Source: a virus (Duplodnaviria > Caudoviricetes). Taken from it: 31,334 nucleotides of DNA. This document shows, one piece after another, positions 9,543 to 18,848 of the stretch. The stretch's first letter is position 1. Each line of letters opens with the position of its first letter. Where the stretch lies: the IMG/VR virus record IMGVR_UViG_3300029792_000005, positions 1 through 31,334 of that record, one strand, 5' to 3'. Under the pieces are notes generated by a model that made no database searches, was not told where the DNA came from, and saw only the letters and a list, made by a program, of their open reading frames with translations. The translations under genes and the position numbers were made by a program.

Positions 9543-9837
9543 TTGATTTTAATTTTGGATTATTTTCAATTAATTTTTGGAGATGGCTCAGAGCTCTCCA
9601 TGCAACTTTTGCATCATGCAAAACATTATCATCATCTAATGTTCCAGATTCAGATAAATGCCTCAGCATTGCATCAAGATCATCAGATGATTTGTTTCTA
9701 TCCCAATGGATCGGTTTATCAGGATGATGCTGTTTGGATCCAGCATAACTAACCTTAGCAACCTCTTTCAATGCATCAGGAAAATATAGAAAAACCCCTC
9801 TATAAAGAGGGATTTTCTTTCTTTCATTATTACTCAT
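9532..9837 (-). CDS. dATP/dGTP diphosphohydrolase domain protein (DUF5664-like)
   Basis: FPDALKEVAKVS..G..H, HW, DAMLRHL, LHDAKVAWRAL. Confidence 0.8.
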   Translation of the reverse strand: MSNNERKKIPLYRGVFLYFPDALKEVAKVSYAGSKQHHPDKPIHWDRNKSSDDLDAMLRHLSESGTLDDDNVLHDAKVAWRALSHLQKLIENNPKLKSNVK

Positions 9838-10025
9838 ATTTTTGGATTCATTTTAGCAAAATCATTCTCCAGCTCTACATAATCAAGATCAAGCTGTTTA
9901 AGGATCTCTCTGCAATTTTCCAGATCCTCTTGATGATCTTGTAATCCATAATACTGGATCTTTGTAAGAATGCCTTTATAAACATTCATGTAAGTGATTT
10001 TTAATTCATAAAGTTTTAATACCAT
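9834..10025 (-). CDS. Hypothetical protein
   Basis: 63-aa ORF with ATGA overlap. Confidence 0.65.
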   Translation of the reverse strand: MVLKLYELKITYMNVYKGILTKIQYYGLQDHQEDLENCREILKQLDLDYVELENDFAKMNPKI

Positions 10026-10029
10026 AATT

Positions 10030-10158
10030 TTAATTTAAGTTTAACAATTTATCTATCCAATACTCTAATTTTAAAAAGAGCAGAATGATGATCATGCAAA
10101 AAATTGATGTAATTATATACATGATCCACCATTCTAATTTTTCTCTAAAATTTCTCAT
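10030..10158 (-). CDS. Small membrane protein (42 aa, not in ORF track)
   Basis: MRNFREKLEWWIMYIITSIFCMIIILLFLKLEYWIDKLLNLN; ATGA overlap; fills the gap. Confidence 0.65.
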   Translation of the reverse strand: MRNFREKLEWWIMYIITSIFCMIIILLFLKLEYWIDKLLNLN

Positions 10159-10646
10159 TGGCATGATTTTATAATGGCATTGCCATTGTTATCAAAATAT
10201 TTTTTGATCAAAATATCCCAACCCTCCAGGCCGAGCTCTCCTCTGCATTTGTAGCTGATATTATTTCTAGTCCATCCGGATTGGCCTAATGAGATCCCAT
10301 AATATTCTTTAACTCTTGAAACAGCTGTTTTGATGTCAGTTGCAATAGTGTGATATGATTTCTGATTTATGCCATAGCCTTTTTTGGTTTTAAGGATCTC
10401 CCCTCTTTGCAAATATTTCATAAAAACTATATATGATTTTTCAAATCCATTAAAGTTTTTACCAAATGAGAATCTAATTGCAAAATATGTTGATCCAGGT
10501 TTTCCCCAGATAGCAATTTTCTTTTTTGATGCAAACCCCCTCTCCAGGAGATTTGTTTTGTTGAACTTGCACAGCTGAGGGATCTCAAATGATCCCTCTG
10601 CATTTGGCACTTCGAACAATACTGATTTTGTTTTAAGTTTTTTCAT
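10155..10646 (-). CDS. Hypothetical basic early protein
   Basis: 163-aa ORF. Confidence 0.7.
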   Translation of the reverse strand: MKKLKTKSVLFEVPNAEGSFEIPQLCKFNKTNLLERGFASKKKIAIWGKPGSTYFAIRFSFGKNFNGFEKSYIVFMKYLQRGEILKTKKGYGINQKSYHTIATDIKTAVSRVKEYYGISLGQSGWTRNNISYKCRGELGLEGWDILIKKYFDNNGNAIIKSCQ

Positions 10647-10650
10647 GTAA

Positions 10651-11223
10651 TTAATTTTCGTTTATAACTCCTAATTTAAAAACAAGATCAGGCTCATTAT
10701 TGTTTACAATATCATCAGTAATGATCTGCTCTAATTGCAATTCTAATTTCCTGAACTTTTTTCTATAAATAGTATTAAGCCTTTTATTTGCTGGATCTAT
10801 TGATCCAGGATCTGCAATCTCTTTCAATTCTTGATCAAAAAGAAAATGATTCATTTTCATGATCTGATTATATTCAGCTTTTAATCTTATAAGATCCCAT
10901 TCTGATTTAGGCTTTTTTACATTATCATCAGCATTTGAATAGATCCTTACAAATTCAGTTTCTGAAACTCTAATCCAGGATCCAGATAAACTCCAATTAT
11001 GTAATTTTCTAAAATCAATACTAAATGTATTTTCGTGGAAAAATAAAATCCAGGCATCAGTGTACTGAGTTTTTTTGCCTCTATTCAAAGTTAGTTCAAC
11101 CCTAACTCTAACTGGCCGATTTGCTACATCAGCATTTTTTAATTTATTAAGATCTGTAATTCTAGCTCTTAAAAAATTCTCGTTAAATTTTTCAATTTGT
11201 GTTTTTGTGTTTGTGTTTTTCAT
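10651..11223 (-). CDS. Hypothetical early protein (start revised to MKNTNTKTQ)
   Basis: ATG at 11223 has A-rich context; the track's extension to 11280 runs through the ribozyme. Confidence 0.7.
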   Translation of the reverse strand: MKNTNTKTQIEKFNENFLRARITDLNKLKNADVANRPVRVRVELTLNRGKKTQYTDAWILFFHENTFSIDFRKLHNWSLSGSWIRVSETEFVRIYSNADDNVKKPKSEWDLIRLKAEYNQIMKMNHFLFDQELKEIADPGSIDPANKRLNTIYRKKFRKLELQLEQIITDDIVNNNEPDLVFKLGVINEN

Positions 11224-11240
11224 TTTATTAATATTTGTTT

Positions 11241-11300
11241 GACAAAGAACATCCCCCAGCTGGAGGATGTTTTCGGCCATTGAGGCCTCATCAGTTTGCC
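11241..11300 (-). ncRNA. Type I hammerhead ribozyme
   Basis: GGCAAA-CUGAUGA-GGCC(UCAAU)GGCC-GAA-AACAUCCUCC(AGCU)GGGGGAUGUU-C-UUUGUC: complete core, stems I-III paired, UUC cleavage triplet. Confidence 0.93.
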
Positions 11301-11669
11301 TTAATCTAATAAGTGAGAATAATCAACATTATCTATTCTAACAACATTGTTAGTTACTCCTCCGAAAACTTTGTGAGATCCATTTTGAGTAACCCAAACT
11401 CTTTCTCCACCAGTACACACCTCTTTGCCAGAAAATATTTTTCTGTAAGTTCTAAAAGAGATAAAATTTGTAGCATTAGGATTTAAAGGAAAGCCTCCAA
11501 CTTGATCAACTACTCCCTCAACAAAGCAATTATCTGAATTTTCAAAATCGTAAGATCTAACAAAATCTCCAACTTTGAATTTTTCGTTTGATGTTCTTGC
11601 AACCTTTAATGTTGGATTAAGAGGATTGTTTAAAATGTTTTTGTTTGTGTTTGTGTTTTGTGTTTTCAT
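11301..11669 (-). CDS. Hypothetical early protein, possible SH3-like barrel
   Basis: FKVGDFVRSYDF...FVEGVV; first gene after the large intergenic region. Confidence 0.7.
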   Translation of the reverse strand: MKTQNTNTNKNILNNPLNPTLKVARTSNEKFKVGDFVRSYDFENSDNCFVEGVVDQVGGFPLNPNATNFISFRTYRKIFSGKEVCTGGERVWVTQNGSHKVFGGVTNNVVRIDNVDYSHLLD

Positions 11670-11694
11670 GTTTTTTGTTTTTATTATTATGATG

Positions 11695-11702
11695 CTAATA
11701 TA
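11695..11702 (-). promoter_or_regulatory. Variant -7 promoter element of the early operon
   Basis: TATATTAG (one mismatch to TAnnTTTG) with long AT-rich upstream tract. Confidence 0.45.
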
Positions 11703-11930
11703 TAAAAGTATTTTTTAATTTTTAATCTAAAATGAAAATATTTTTTTATTTATTTTTTTTTACAGAGGGGAATTTCGTTTCCTGGCACTTCTCGAAATTT
11801 TGATATACTGATACCACAGAGGCATCAAATGCCGGGAAATCGCTTAAAAATGGCCTTAAAATGGATGTATGATTTTGCTAAAAAACCAAAAAAATCTTAA
11901 AAAAATAGGTAAAAATTACAATAAATCAAC

Positions 11931-11958
11931 AAAAAAGGCCTGAATTTCTCCAGGCCTT
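11931..11958 (-). terminator. Intrinsic terminator
   Basis: AAGGCCTG-8 nt-CAGGCCTT followed by T tract on minus strand. Confidence 0.8.
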
Positions 11959-12004
11959 GACAAAAAACTAACACAAAATTATTCAAAAAAACATGAACAA
12001 TTCT

Positions 12005-12331
12005 TTAAAATGGGAGATCATCTCCATCATTAACATTAAGTATTGGCTCAGTAGTTTGATCATTATTCTGAGCTTTTTGAGGCTTAAAATTGTTGAATTT
12101 GAAAGTATAAGATCCATAATCATTTTTCAGGATCTGAAACTTAAATTGAATATTCCCATTATATTCTTGTTTTGCATCATCCAAATTTTGCCCTAATTCT
12201 TTGATCTGTTCGATCAATAGTTTTGGAGTTATTACTCCATCACAAACAACAAAATCTGGAGCCTTTGGATTTCTTTCAAAGGTTTTAATGCCAGTTATTA
12301 CTAAAGGATTTTTCTTATTTTGATTTTCCAT
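12005..12331 (-). CDS. Putative single-stranded DNA-binding protein
   Basis: Acidic C-terminal tail DGDDLPF; follows putative annealase. Confidence 0.55.
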   Translation of the reverse strand: MENQNKKNPLVITGIKTFERNPKAPDFVVCDGVITPKLLIEQIKELGQNLDDAKQEYNGNIQFKFQILKNDYGSYTFKFNNFKPQKAQNNDQTTEPILNVNDGDDLPF

Positions 12332-12334
12332 AAT

Positions 12335-12877
12335 TTATTTATTTAAAGTATTTAATTGAATTTCTAATTTAGATCTATAATCTTTTTTCATTTTATATTT
12401 ATCCATAACATTTTGGATCATACCTGGATCTTTACAGATCATGGTTTTATTAAATTGATCCTCAGTAAGCCATTTTTTATTTTCAGTTTCAGGATCTGGC
12501 TTGACTTCCTGGATCAGATCTTGATTTTGCAATGCATTGATCATCTCATCAACTGATGCAAATGAATCATCAACTCCGATCCCTAAATATCCAAGAGCTC
12601 TGCCTAATGCTGAGGTTGAACAATTTTCCAGGAAACTTGTTTTATTGATGTTTGAGTTATCTCTATACTCATGAGCATGAGCTCTGGAGATTACTCTGCC
12701 ATTTGGTGTTTTGATCGTGCATTCCATTATGATCTCCTTATCATTACAAGTGATCACTCTATCCTCAATGGATATGATCTGATCATTAATTTCGATCATT
12801 TTTTTAGAGGCTCTGAACGATTTAAGCCTTTCATTTACTGGAGTATATTTTCTCCCTTTAATTTGAATGGTTTTCAT
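12335..12877 (-). CDS. Putative single-strand annealing protein (Rad52/Sak-like)
   Basis: IKGRKY..VNERL, AHE, ENCSTSALGRAL..LGIG; genome also has a RecE-like exonuclease. Confidence 0.55.
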   Translation of the reverse strand: MKTIQIKGRKYTPVNERLKSFRASKKMIEINDQIISIEDRVITCNDKEIIMECTIKTPNGRVISRAHAHEYRDNSNINKTSFLENCSTSALGRALGYLGIGVDDSFASVDEMINALQNQDLIQEVKPDPETENKKWLTEDQFNKTMICKDPGMIQNVMDKYKMKKDYRSKLEIQLNTLNK

Positions 12878-13086
12878 GTATTAATTATTAAGTTTAACAT
12901 AGTATCAGTATCAAATCCCATCTCTCTAAGATTTTTTATTTCTGTGATCTTAAACAGATCTGGATCCTCAACTCTGGTTTTAAGTGTCGGCATTTGAATT
13001 GCTAATCCCTCTGCGACATCTTTTTTTCTGAGCTTAAGCCTTTTTAATTCAGCTTTAAAAAATAGCTCAAATAAATTATAATCCAT
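12874..13086 (-). CDS. Small Cro/XRE-like HTH regulator
   Basis: LRKKDVAEGLAIQMPTLKTRVEDP; first gene of operon. Confidence 0.65.
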   Translation of the reverse strand: MDYNLFELFFKAELKRLKLRKKDVAEGLAIQMPTLKTRVEDPDLFKITEIKNLREMGFDTDTMLNLIINT

Positions 13087-13108
13087 AAAGATTTTTTTTC
13101 AATTTGTG

Positions 13109-13116
13109 CAAATATA
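13109..13116 (-). promoter_or_regulatory. -7 promoter element upstream of HTH gene
   Basis: TATATTTG. Confidence 0.65.
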
Positions 13117-13128
13117 TAAAAATTAATT

Positions 13129-15654
13129 TTAATTATCGCCCTCCCCAGTATCTATGGCAATTCTTTCCAGGAGCTCTATATCTCCAAAAGTGTTGTCGGT
13201 ATTTTGCTTTTGATCGGATAATGATCCTTTGATTGTATATTCATTTTTTTTGGGGTTGAATGTCATTTTATTAATAGTAACAACATTTTCATCAACAACA
13301 TCATTAAACTGATTTGTTAACACACTACGATAAACACCCCAAGCAAACCAAAGCCGATCACTAAAAAATATTGGTTTTGTGCCAGCTTTCATTACTTTGA
13401 ATTTTCCCTCATAAGTTTTTAATCTTGCTCTATAATCATTAGCTAGATCTTGATTAATTAAATATGGCAATTCTTTAGCTTGAGGCAATCCTCCAGATGC
13501 ATCAATTTTGTCAAGAGCAACTCCAGTAACTGATTGAGGCCTTTGGAATTTTTTAAGGCTAAAATTGTCAATGGTTGCAATATCATCATTATTATGATTG
13601 CCAGTTCCTTTTGTTTTAATATTTATATTTTTTGATAATTTATTGATAGTTCCATCAGCATCAACTGATAAAATGCTTTCAAATGTTTTTGGAGAATCAA
13701 CTGCCTCCTCAAAAAATATCTCTAAATTATCCACATAAAAACCTTTATAAAAAGGCATGAATGTATTGTTTTGAGCAAAAAAATCAGCACTAGTTGAGAA
13801 TGATCCATTGGATCCAGTTGTTCCACCATTTAACAAAAATGGAGGCATAAGCTCAAAAGTTAGCAAAAACTCCTCATCAGCTCTTGAATCCCCTGAATCA
13901 AAAGGAGGAGCAATTTCAGCTGTAAATGTCATCCATCTATTATAATCAGTTTTTGTTATTCTAAAAATATCTGGTTCTGGATCTACTGCCAGGCTTGTAT
14001 CTGTCCATTGTCGATCTCTCTCCTCTTTTGCTAATTCAAAATTTTGTGATGGTAAAGAGGTTTGAGTTCTCCTCCACATTTTAATAGGAGTTGAGTTTAA
14101 TGTTTGGCCTTGATATTCATATAAATAACACTTGTATTGGCATCTCCAGGAATTAGTACCAGATGAAAAATCGGCTGGAATTTGCGACATTTCTACAAAA
14201 AGAGAAATGCTAATCTTAAGAGGTTTGTCATAATGTCCAGTTATTTTAAATCTATTTCCAAAAAATGAGGATCTAAAAATATAATTATGAAAATAGCTAT
14301 CAGATGTATATTGTTGATAATTCACAATTGTTGATGGCCTCATTAGATTTGTAAAAAAAGATAATTTTCCATTTTTTCTTACATTTCTCACAAACCCCTG
14401 AATTGGCTCTCTGTAAGGAGGATCAACTGGAAAAATTCCCAAAGGATTTGAATTGGCAGTTGTTCCATAAATATTAGTTCCATTCATCCCGGTACTTCCT
14501 CCCTTTTGCCTATATAACCAGCCTTGATTGAAAAACAATTGCTGAGTTGTATTTTGTGAAACTGGACTATTATATTCAAATCCGGAATTAGTGAACATTT
14601 GATGCTTTCTAAATGTTTTAATATCAACAGAATTGTTTATTTGGCCGATCTGAGGCTCAAAACTTTCTTTTAGATCTAAAGGAACAGCATCATCAGGAAC
14701 TAGTTTTAATCTGCTTTCAACTGAATTTGTGAAATAATTCCCAGTTGTTTGAGAGTATTTCCATGTTCTAACTTCATAATCCAAAGTATTTTCCAGTCGA
14801 TCTTTGATTTTAGTTCCTAGATCAGCCAGGCCAGATCCTGAATCAGTTGCAATTGCATTGTTAATGGCTTGCTCTAAAACATTATCATCTAATAATCCGG
14901 CATTTTGATCAATCCACCAATAACCCTGAGCTTGATATATTCTTGCTCCCAATGTTGTAAGAAAATTTTTAAGTTGTTTTTTTGCTGTGATTTTTCCTAA
15001 TTCATTAGTTAAATGATGAGGATTTGCATTTCTTATTTTTGTTAAGAGTTTATTATTATTTCTAACATCAGTTGCAGATGAGGCATTATATAAAGGCTCT
15101 GCCTCAAAATAAGTATTTGAATTATAGATCACTAGTGTTGAGGCTTGAGGTGTATCATTATTGCCATTAATATCTAATTTTTTAAGGATCCCAAATATCA
15201 TTCTATTTAACTGCATTGTTCCAGTTCGAGGAGGATCAAATTGATCCTCTTGATCTAATAAACCTAATCCATCAAATGCCCTGAATGTTAAAAGGTTTGG
15301 GAGCTGTTGAATTGTTCTTGTAAGCCGATCAGCCACAATAAAACCAAGCCAATAGTTTTTATATGCATTAGCTTGATTATCATAATATTTTAAAACAACT
15401 CTATGATTTTTATCCTCAGTAAAAATTAGATCATTAAATTGATCTGGAGTTTCCTCATAAATTTGAATAGTTGCTGATGATCCATAAATAGATCCATAAT
15501 TATTATCGTTTCCCTCATATCTAATAATGATTGGAGATCCTCCAAATTTTGGAGTTGTTACAGATCCAGTATAATTTTTCTCTTGTATTAATAACCTATA
15601 TTCATGTCCTTCAACATCTCCAAAGTCAAGTGTATATTTATTGCTGTAACTCAT
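13129..15654 (-). CDS. Large tail tip/baseplate protein
   Basis: 841 aa directly after tape measure; N-terminal KY.L.F.D..G..Y...I, WLGFI, AFDGLGLL. Confidence 0.7.
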   Translation of the reverse strand: MSYSNKYTLDFGDVEGHEYRLLIQEKNYTGSVTTPKFGGSPIIIRYEGNDNNYGSIYGSSATIQIYEETPDQFNDLIFTEDKNHRVVLKYYDNQANAYKNYWLGFIVADRLTRTIQQLPNLLTFRAFDGLGLLDQEDQFDPPRTGTMQLNRMIFGILKKLDINGNNDTPQASTLVIYNSNTYFEAEPLYNASSATDVRNNNKLLTKIRNANPHHLTNELGKITAKKQLKNFLTTLGARIYQAQGYWWIDQNAGLLDDNVLEQAINNAIATDSGSGLADLGTKIKDRLENTLDYEVRTWKYSQTTGNYFTNSVESRLKLVPDDAVPLDLKESFEPQIGQINNSVDIKTFRKHQMFTNSGFEYNSPVSQNTTQQLFFNQGWLYRQKGGSTGMNGTNIYGTTANSNPLGIFPVDPPYREPIQGFVRNVRKNGKLSFFTNLMRPSTIVNYQQYTSDSYFHNYIFRSSFFGNRFKITGHYDKPLKISISLFVEMSQIPADFSSGTNSWRCQYKCYLYEYQGQTLNSTPIKMWRRTQTSLPSQNFELAKEERDRQWTDTSLAVDPEPDIFRITKTDYNRWMTFTAEIAPPFDSGDSRADEEFLLTFELMPPFLLNGGTTGSNGSFSTSADFFAQNNTFMPFYKGFYVDNLEIFFEEAVDSPKTFESILSVDADGTINKLSKNINIKTKGTGNHNNDDIATIDNFSLKKFQRPQSVTGVALDKIDASGGLPQAKELPYLINQDLANDYRARLKTYEGKFKVMKAGTKPIFFSDRLWFAWGVYRSVLTNQFNDVVDENVVTINKMTFNPKKNEYTIKGSLSDQKQNTDNTFGDIELLERIAIDTGEGDN

Positions 15655-15657
15655 GTT

Positions 15658-18060
15658 TTATTCTGTAAATCTGCCTCTAGTTTCTTGAGCTCGATCTAAT
15701 GCTACAATTAAATCCTCTCCAGATAATGTAAAGGATCCTCCAACATTAACATTTGTTTCTGTTTGATTAGATCCCATCATTGAATTTAGTTTGCTTAATG
15801 GAGCAATAACTTCTGGATTTGATCTAGCTCCAGCATATTCTCCCATAAGGCCAAGAGTTGGACTATTAACAATTCCACCCTTAGCAAATTTTGGAACTTT
15901 TTTCATGGCTCCTGAAACTACTGCCATTGCTCCAGCAATTAATGCTGGCAATATAAATGCTCCAAATGGTGTTTTGCTTGCTGTTTCAGTTGCTGAGGTT
16001 ACTGCATTTGATGTTGACAAGGCAGTATTTACAGCCATGTTTTTCAAAGCTGTTTGCATAAGTGTTCCCAAAAATGCTTTCATTGGATTTTCTGAATTGG
16101 CCATGCTATCGGCAAAAGATTGAGCCTGGCCTGATAAATTTTCTTTTAGGTTTTCATCTAATCCAGCTAATAGATCAGCGAATTGTGATGCTTTTTCCTC
16201 TCCCTCTGATAGCTCGCTATCAACATCCTCATTTGGATCATCCTCTCCATCATCTCCAGATGGAGGCTCTTTTGTTGTGATCGGAGGCAGTTCAATAGTG
16301 TTTCCAGAAAAAACTCCTTTTATTTGATCTAATAGTCCAGTAGCCATATCAGCTCCCTTGCCTACAAATGCATCAACATCCTCCTCTGAAATCAATTCTA
16401 TTGGCTCTCTCTCTAATGCAGATCCCATTGCATCCTTGAAATTTTCAACAGCTGATGTTCCGGCAGTTTCAAAAACCCCATTTACATCATCCATCATGCC
16501 AGTAAAATTTTCAACAACAGCATTCCCAACTCTACTCATTCCTTGTTCAATTAGATCATAATCGAATGTCAATGCTCCTTTGATAATATTTCCTAAGCCT
16601 CCAAATATATCTCCTAATAAGCCAAATCCTCTTTGGAATGATGAAACTATTGCCTCAATAACTGCGACTGCTATATCATACATAGTTTTAAAAAATGCTC
16701 CTATTCCATGAATGATCATGGCAAAAGCTGTTGATTCATTATATAGATCAATAAAATAATTGGCAATATCTACAATAATCCCCTTAATGCCCTCCCATTC
16801 ATTATAAACAACATAAGCCACAGCACTAAGGCCAGCAACCAATAAACCAATAGGAGATAAAAGGCCACCAATGATTGAGAGCAATGTTCCTCCCAATGAT
16901 AATATAGTTGGCAGTACAAGAGTAACTCCAGTTAGAGCTCCGATCAAGAGCTGAGTTTCTCCATCCAAACTTGTAAAAGCAGTTACAGCTTTATTTATAA
17001 CATTAGAAACTGATGCTAATGCTGAGGCCACCATTGGCAAGATCACAGCTCCAATATCTTGCATTGATTGCTTCATGCCATTCATTGCTTGATCTAATTT
17101 AAAACTGGATGATTTTGATGTAGTTTCAAAGGCTTCATCCAATGCTCCATGAGAATCCTGGATCTGAGCCAATACCTCCTTATAAGCATCTCCCTGAGAT
17201 CCAGCTGTACCCAAAACAGCTGTTAATGCTCTAATGTTAGGAAATAAAGATGATAATGCATCAATATTCCCATCAGTTTTTTCCATCAACAGCTCAAGAG
17301 TTCCGGCTAATCCATCAGTTGCTAATTTATCTCTTAATCCCTCTGCCGATAACCCAAATTGAGCCATTGTTTCTTTTGCCTCTTGAGTTGGAGATGCTAA
17401 TCCAGCCATTATAGATCTTAATCCGGTAACAGCTGAGGCACTATCAACCCCTAATCTTGTAAATGTCGCAATAGATGCTCCGACTTCCTCAAATGATATT
17501 CCCATTGTTTGAGCCATACCAACAACCCTCCCCAAAGTTGGAGCTAATTCAGAGGCCTCCAGGTTACCAGTTTCAACAATTCTTTTAAATACATTCATTG
17601 AATGAGTTGCAGTCATGCCCTCTTTTGCAAAAGCATTCATAACACCAGTTGTAGCTCTGGCAATATCCTTAACATCTCCCATTCCAACAGCTGAGGCTTT
17701 AGATGCCATCTCTAATAGCTCCATTGCTGGAGCTCCCTTAACTCCGGCTGAGGTTACAGCAAATAATGCATCTGATAAATCATTGGCTGATCTACCAGTT
17801 TCCAATGATACTCTTTTAATTCTTGATTGATATAATTCAAAATTCTTAGCTGAATCTCCAACTAAGGTTTTGATTTTAGTCATGTTTTTATCAAAGGTAT
17901 TCGCTAAATAAGTTGATGCAGTTCCAACTCCAGCCAATGGCAAAGTTACAGATCTGAGGCTTGATGCAAAAGATTTTAGGCTAGCTCCAGCCTTTTTTAT
18001 GCCAGCATTAAATCCAGTTGTATTTGCTCCGACATTAACCTGGAGCTGTTTAGTAGCCAT
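15658..18060 (-). CDS. Tail tape measure protein (TP901-like)
   Basis: Ala/Gly-rich helical repeats, hydrophobic segments, C-terminal PKFAKGGIV..PT...GE...PEVIAPL. Confidence 0.93.
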   Translation of the reverse strand: MATKQLQVNVGANTTGFNAGIKKAGASLKSFASSLRSVTLPLAGVGTASTYLANTFDKNMTKIKTLVGDSAKNFELYQSRIKRVSLETGRSANDLSDALFAVTSAGVKGAPAMELLEMASKASAVGMGDVKDIARATTGVMNAFAKEGMTATHSMNVFKRIVETGNLEASELAPTLGRVVGMAQTMGISFEEVGASIATFTRLGVDSASAVTGLRSIMAGLASPTQEAKETMAQFGLSAEGLRDKLATDGLAGTLELLMEKTDGNIDALSSLFPNIRALTAVLGTAGSQGDAYKEVLAQIQDSHGALDEAFETTSKSSSFKLDQAMNGMKQSMQDIGAVILPMVASALASVSNVINKAVTAFTSLDGETQLLIGALTGVTLVLPTILSLGGTLLSIIGGLLSPIGLLVAGLSAVAYVVYNEWEGIKGIIVDIANYFIDLYNESTAFAMIIHGIGAFFKTMYDIAVAVIEAIVSSFQRGFGLLGDIFGGLGNIIKGALTFDYDLIEQGMSRVGNAVVENFTGMMDDVNGVFETAGTSAVENFKDAMGSALEREPIELISEEDVDAFVGKGADMATGLLDQIKGVFSGNTIELPPITTKEPPSGDDGEDDPNEDVDSELSEGEEKASQFADLLAGLDENLKENLSGQAQSFADSMANSENPMKAFLGTLMQTALKNMAVNTALSTSNAVTSATETASKTPFGAFILPALIAGAMAVVSGAMKKVPKFAKGGIVNSPTLGLMGEYAGARSNPEVIAPLSKLNSMMGSNQTETNVNVGGSFTLSGEDLIVALDRAQETRGRFTE

Positions 18061-18075
18061 AAGATGAATTTTTTA

Positions 18076-18083
18076 CAAATTTA
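18076..18083 (-). promoter_or_regulatory. -7 promoter element upstream of tape measure
   Basis: TAAATTTG. Confidence 0.55.
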
Positions 18084-18434
18084 CTATTTATTTTTTTTAG
18101 CCTCTTGCTCTCTTATGTAATCTAAAGGATTTTTAATTGGCTTATTAAAGTTCTTTACTTTGTTGACAAATGCCTCATATTCATCCTTAGTTGATTTCGG
18201 TTTTCCGATCTCCAATAAATTATCTTGAGGCAGTTTAAACATCTGATGAGGCTTGATCATGGCTCCCTTTTTGATCCCAGATGTATTATAAATTAATGTT
18301 GAATTGAATCTGACTAATTCCCATAAATGAAATTTAGTCAATAAATGATGTTCGGCCATGAGATCATTCTCTTTCCAAGTTGATCTCCAAAACAGATCTG
18401 GCATGATTCCACATTCTCCAATGTAAAAATCCAT
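18084..18434 (-). CDS. Tail assembly chaperone, gpT-like part (likely -1 frameshift fusion)
   Basis: Lies in the -1 frame of 18452..18832 and is open back to the A10 run; PDLFWRSTWKE. Confidence 0.75.
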   Translation of the reverse strand: MDFYIGECGIMPDLFWRSTWKENDLMAEHHLLTKFHLWELVRFNSTLIYNTSGIKKGAMIKPHQMFKLPQDNLLEIGKPKSTKDEYEAFVNKVKNFNKPIKNPLDYIREQEAKKNK

Positions 18435-18451
18435 CAGATCATCTATTGAAA

Positions 18452-18832
18452 CTATTTTTTTTTTGCCTTTGTTGTTTGCTTAACATTTCTTTTGATCCCA
18501 GCATTCATATCATTTCCCAAGAGCCTGGATTCCATCATTGCTGTCATGATCTTAGTTAGTTCATCTGGCTCAACATCATCAAGCCAGGATCCTAACTTAT
18601 ACTCATTAAAGCCTAATTCAAACCCCTCCTCTTGAGCATGAGCTAATAAAGCTGAATAAACCAAAGCTCTAACAGCTGAAATGTTTACAGATCCATCAAA
18701 GTATTTTCCGATCTCCTCGATTGAACAACCAAGCATGTCAGTAAAGTTTGCCCAGAAATTCATACTAAAGTGCATAGTATGATCCTGGCCATTGAGTTTT
18801 ATGGTATAGTAACCTCTCCTTTTATTCGGCAT
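18452..18832 (-). CDS. Tail assembly chaperone (gpG-like)
   Basis: Between tail tube and tape measure; ends GCA AAA AAA AAA TAG. Confidence 0.8.
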   Translation of the reverse strand: MPNKRRGYYTIKLNGQDHTMHFSMNFWANFTDMLGCSIEEIGKYFDGSVNISAVRALVYSALLAHAQEEGFELGFNEYKLGSWLDDVEPDELTKIMTAMMESRLLGNDMNAGIKRNVKQTTKAKKK

Positions 18833-18848
18833 GTATAAATCTTATTTG

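Noticed and set aside
11224-11280. N-terminal extension MAENILQLGDVLCQTNINK of ORF 10651..11280
   Set aside because: Coincides with hammerhead stems; ATG 11223 has the better context
18243-18275. Second hammerhead at plus-strand CTGATGAGGC
   Set aside because: No GAAA or stem III; antisense within a CDS
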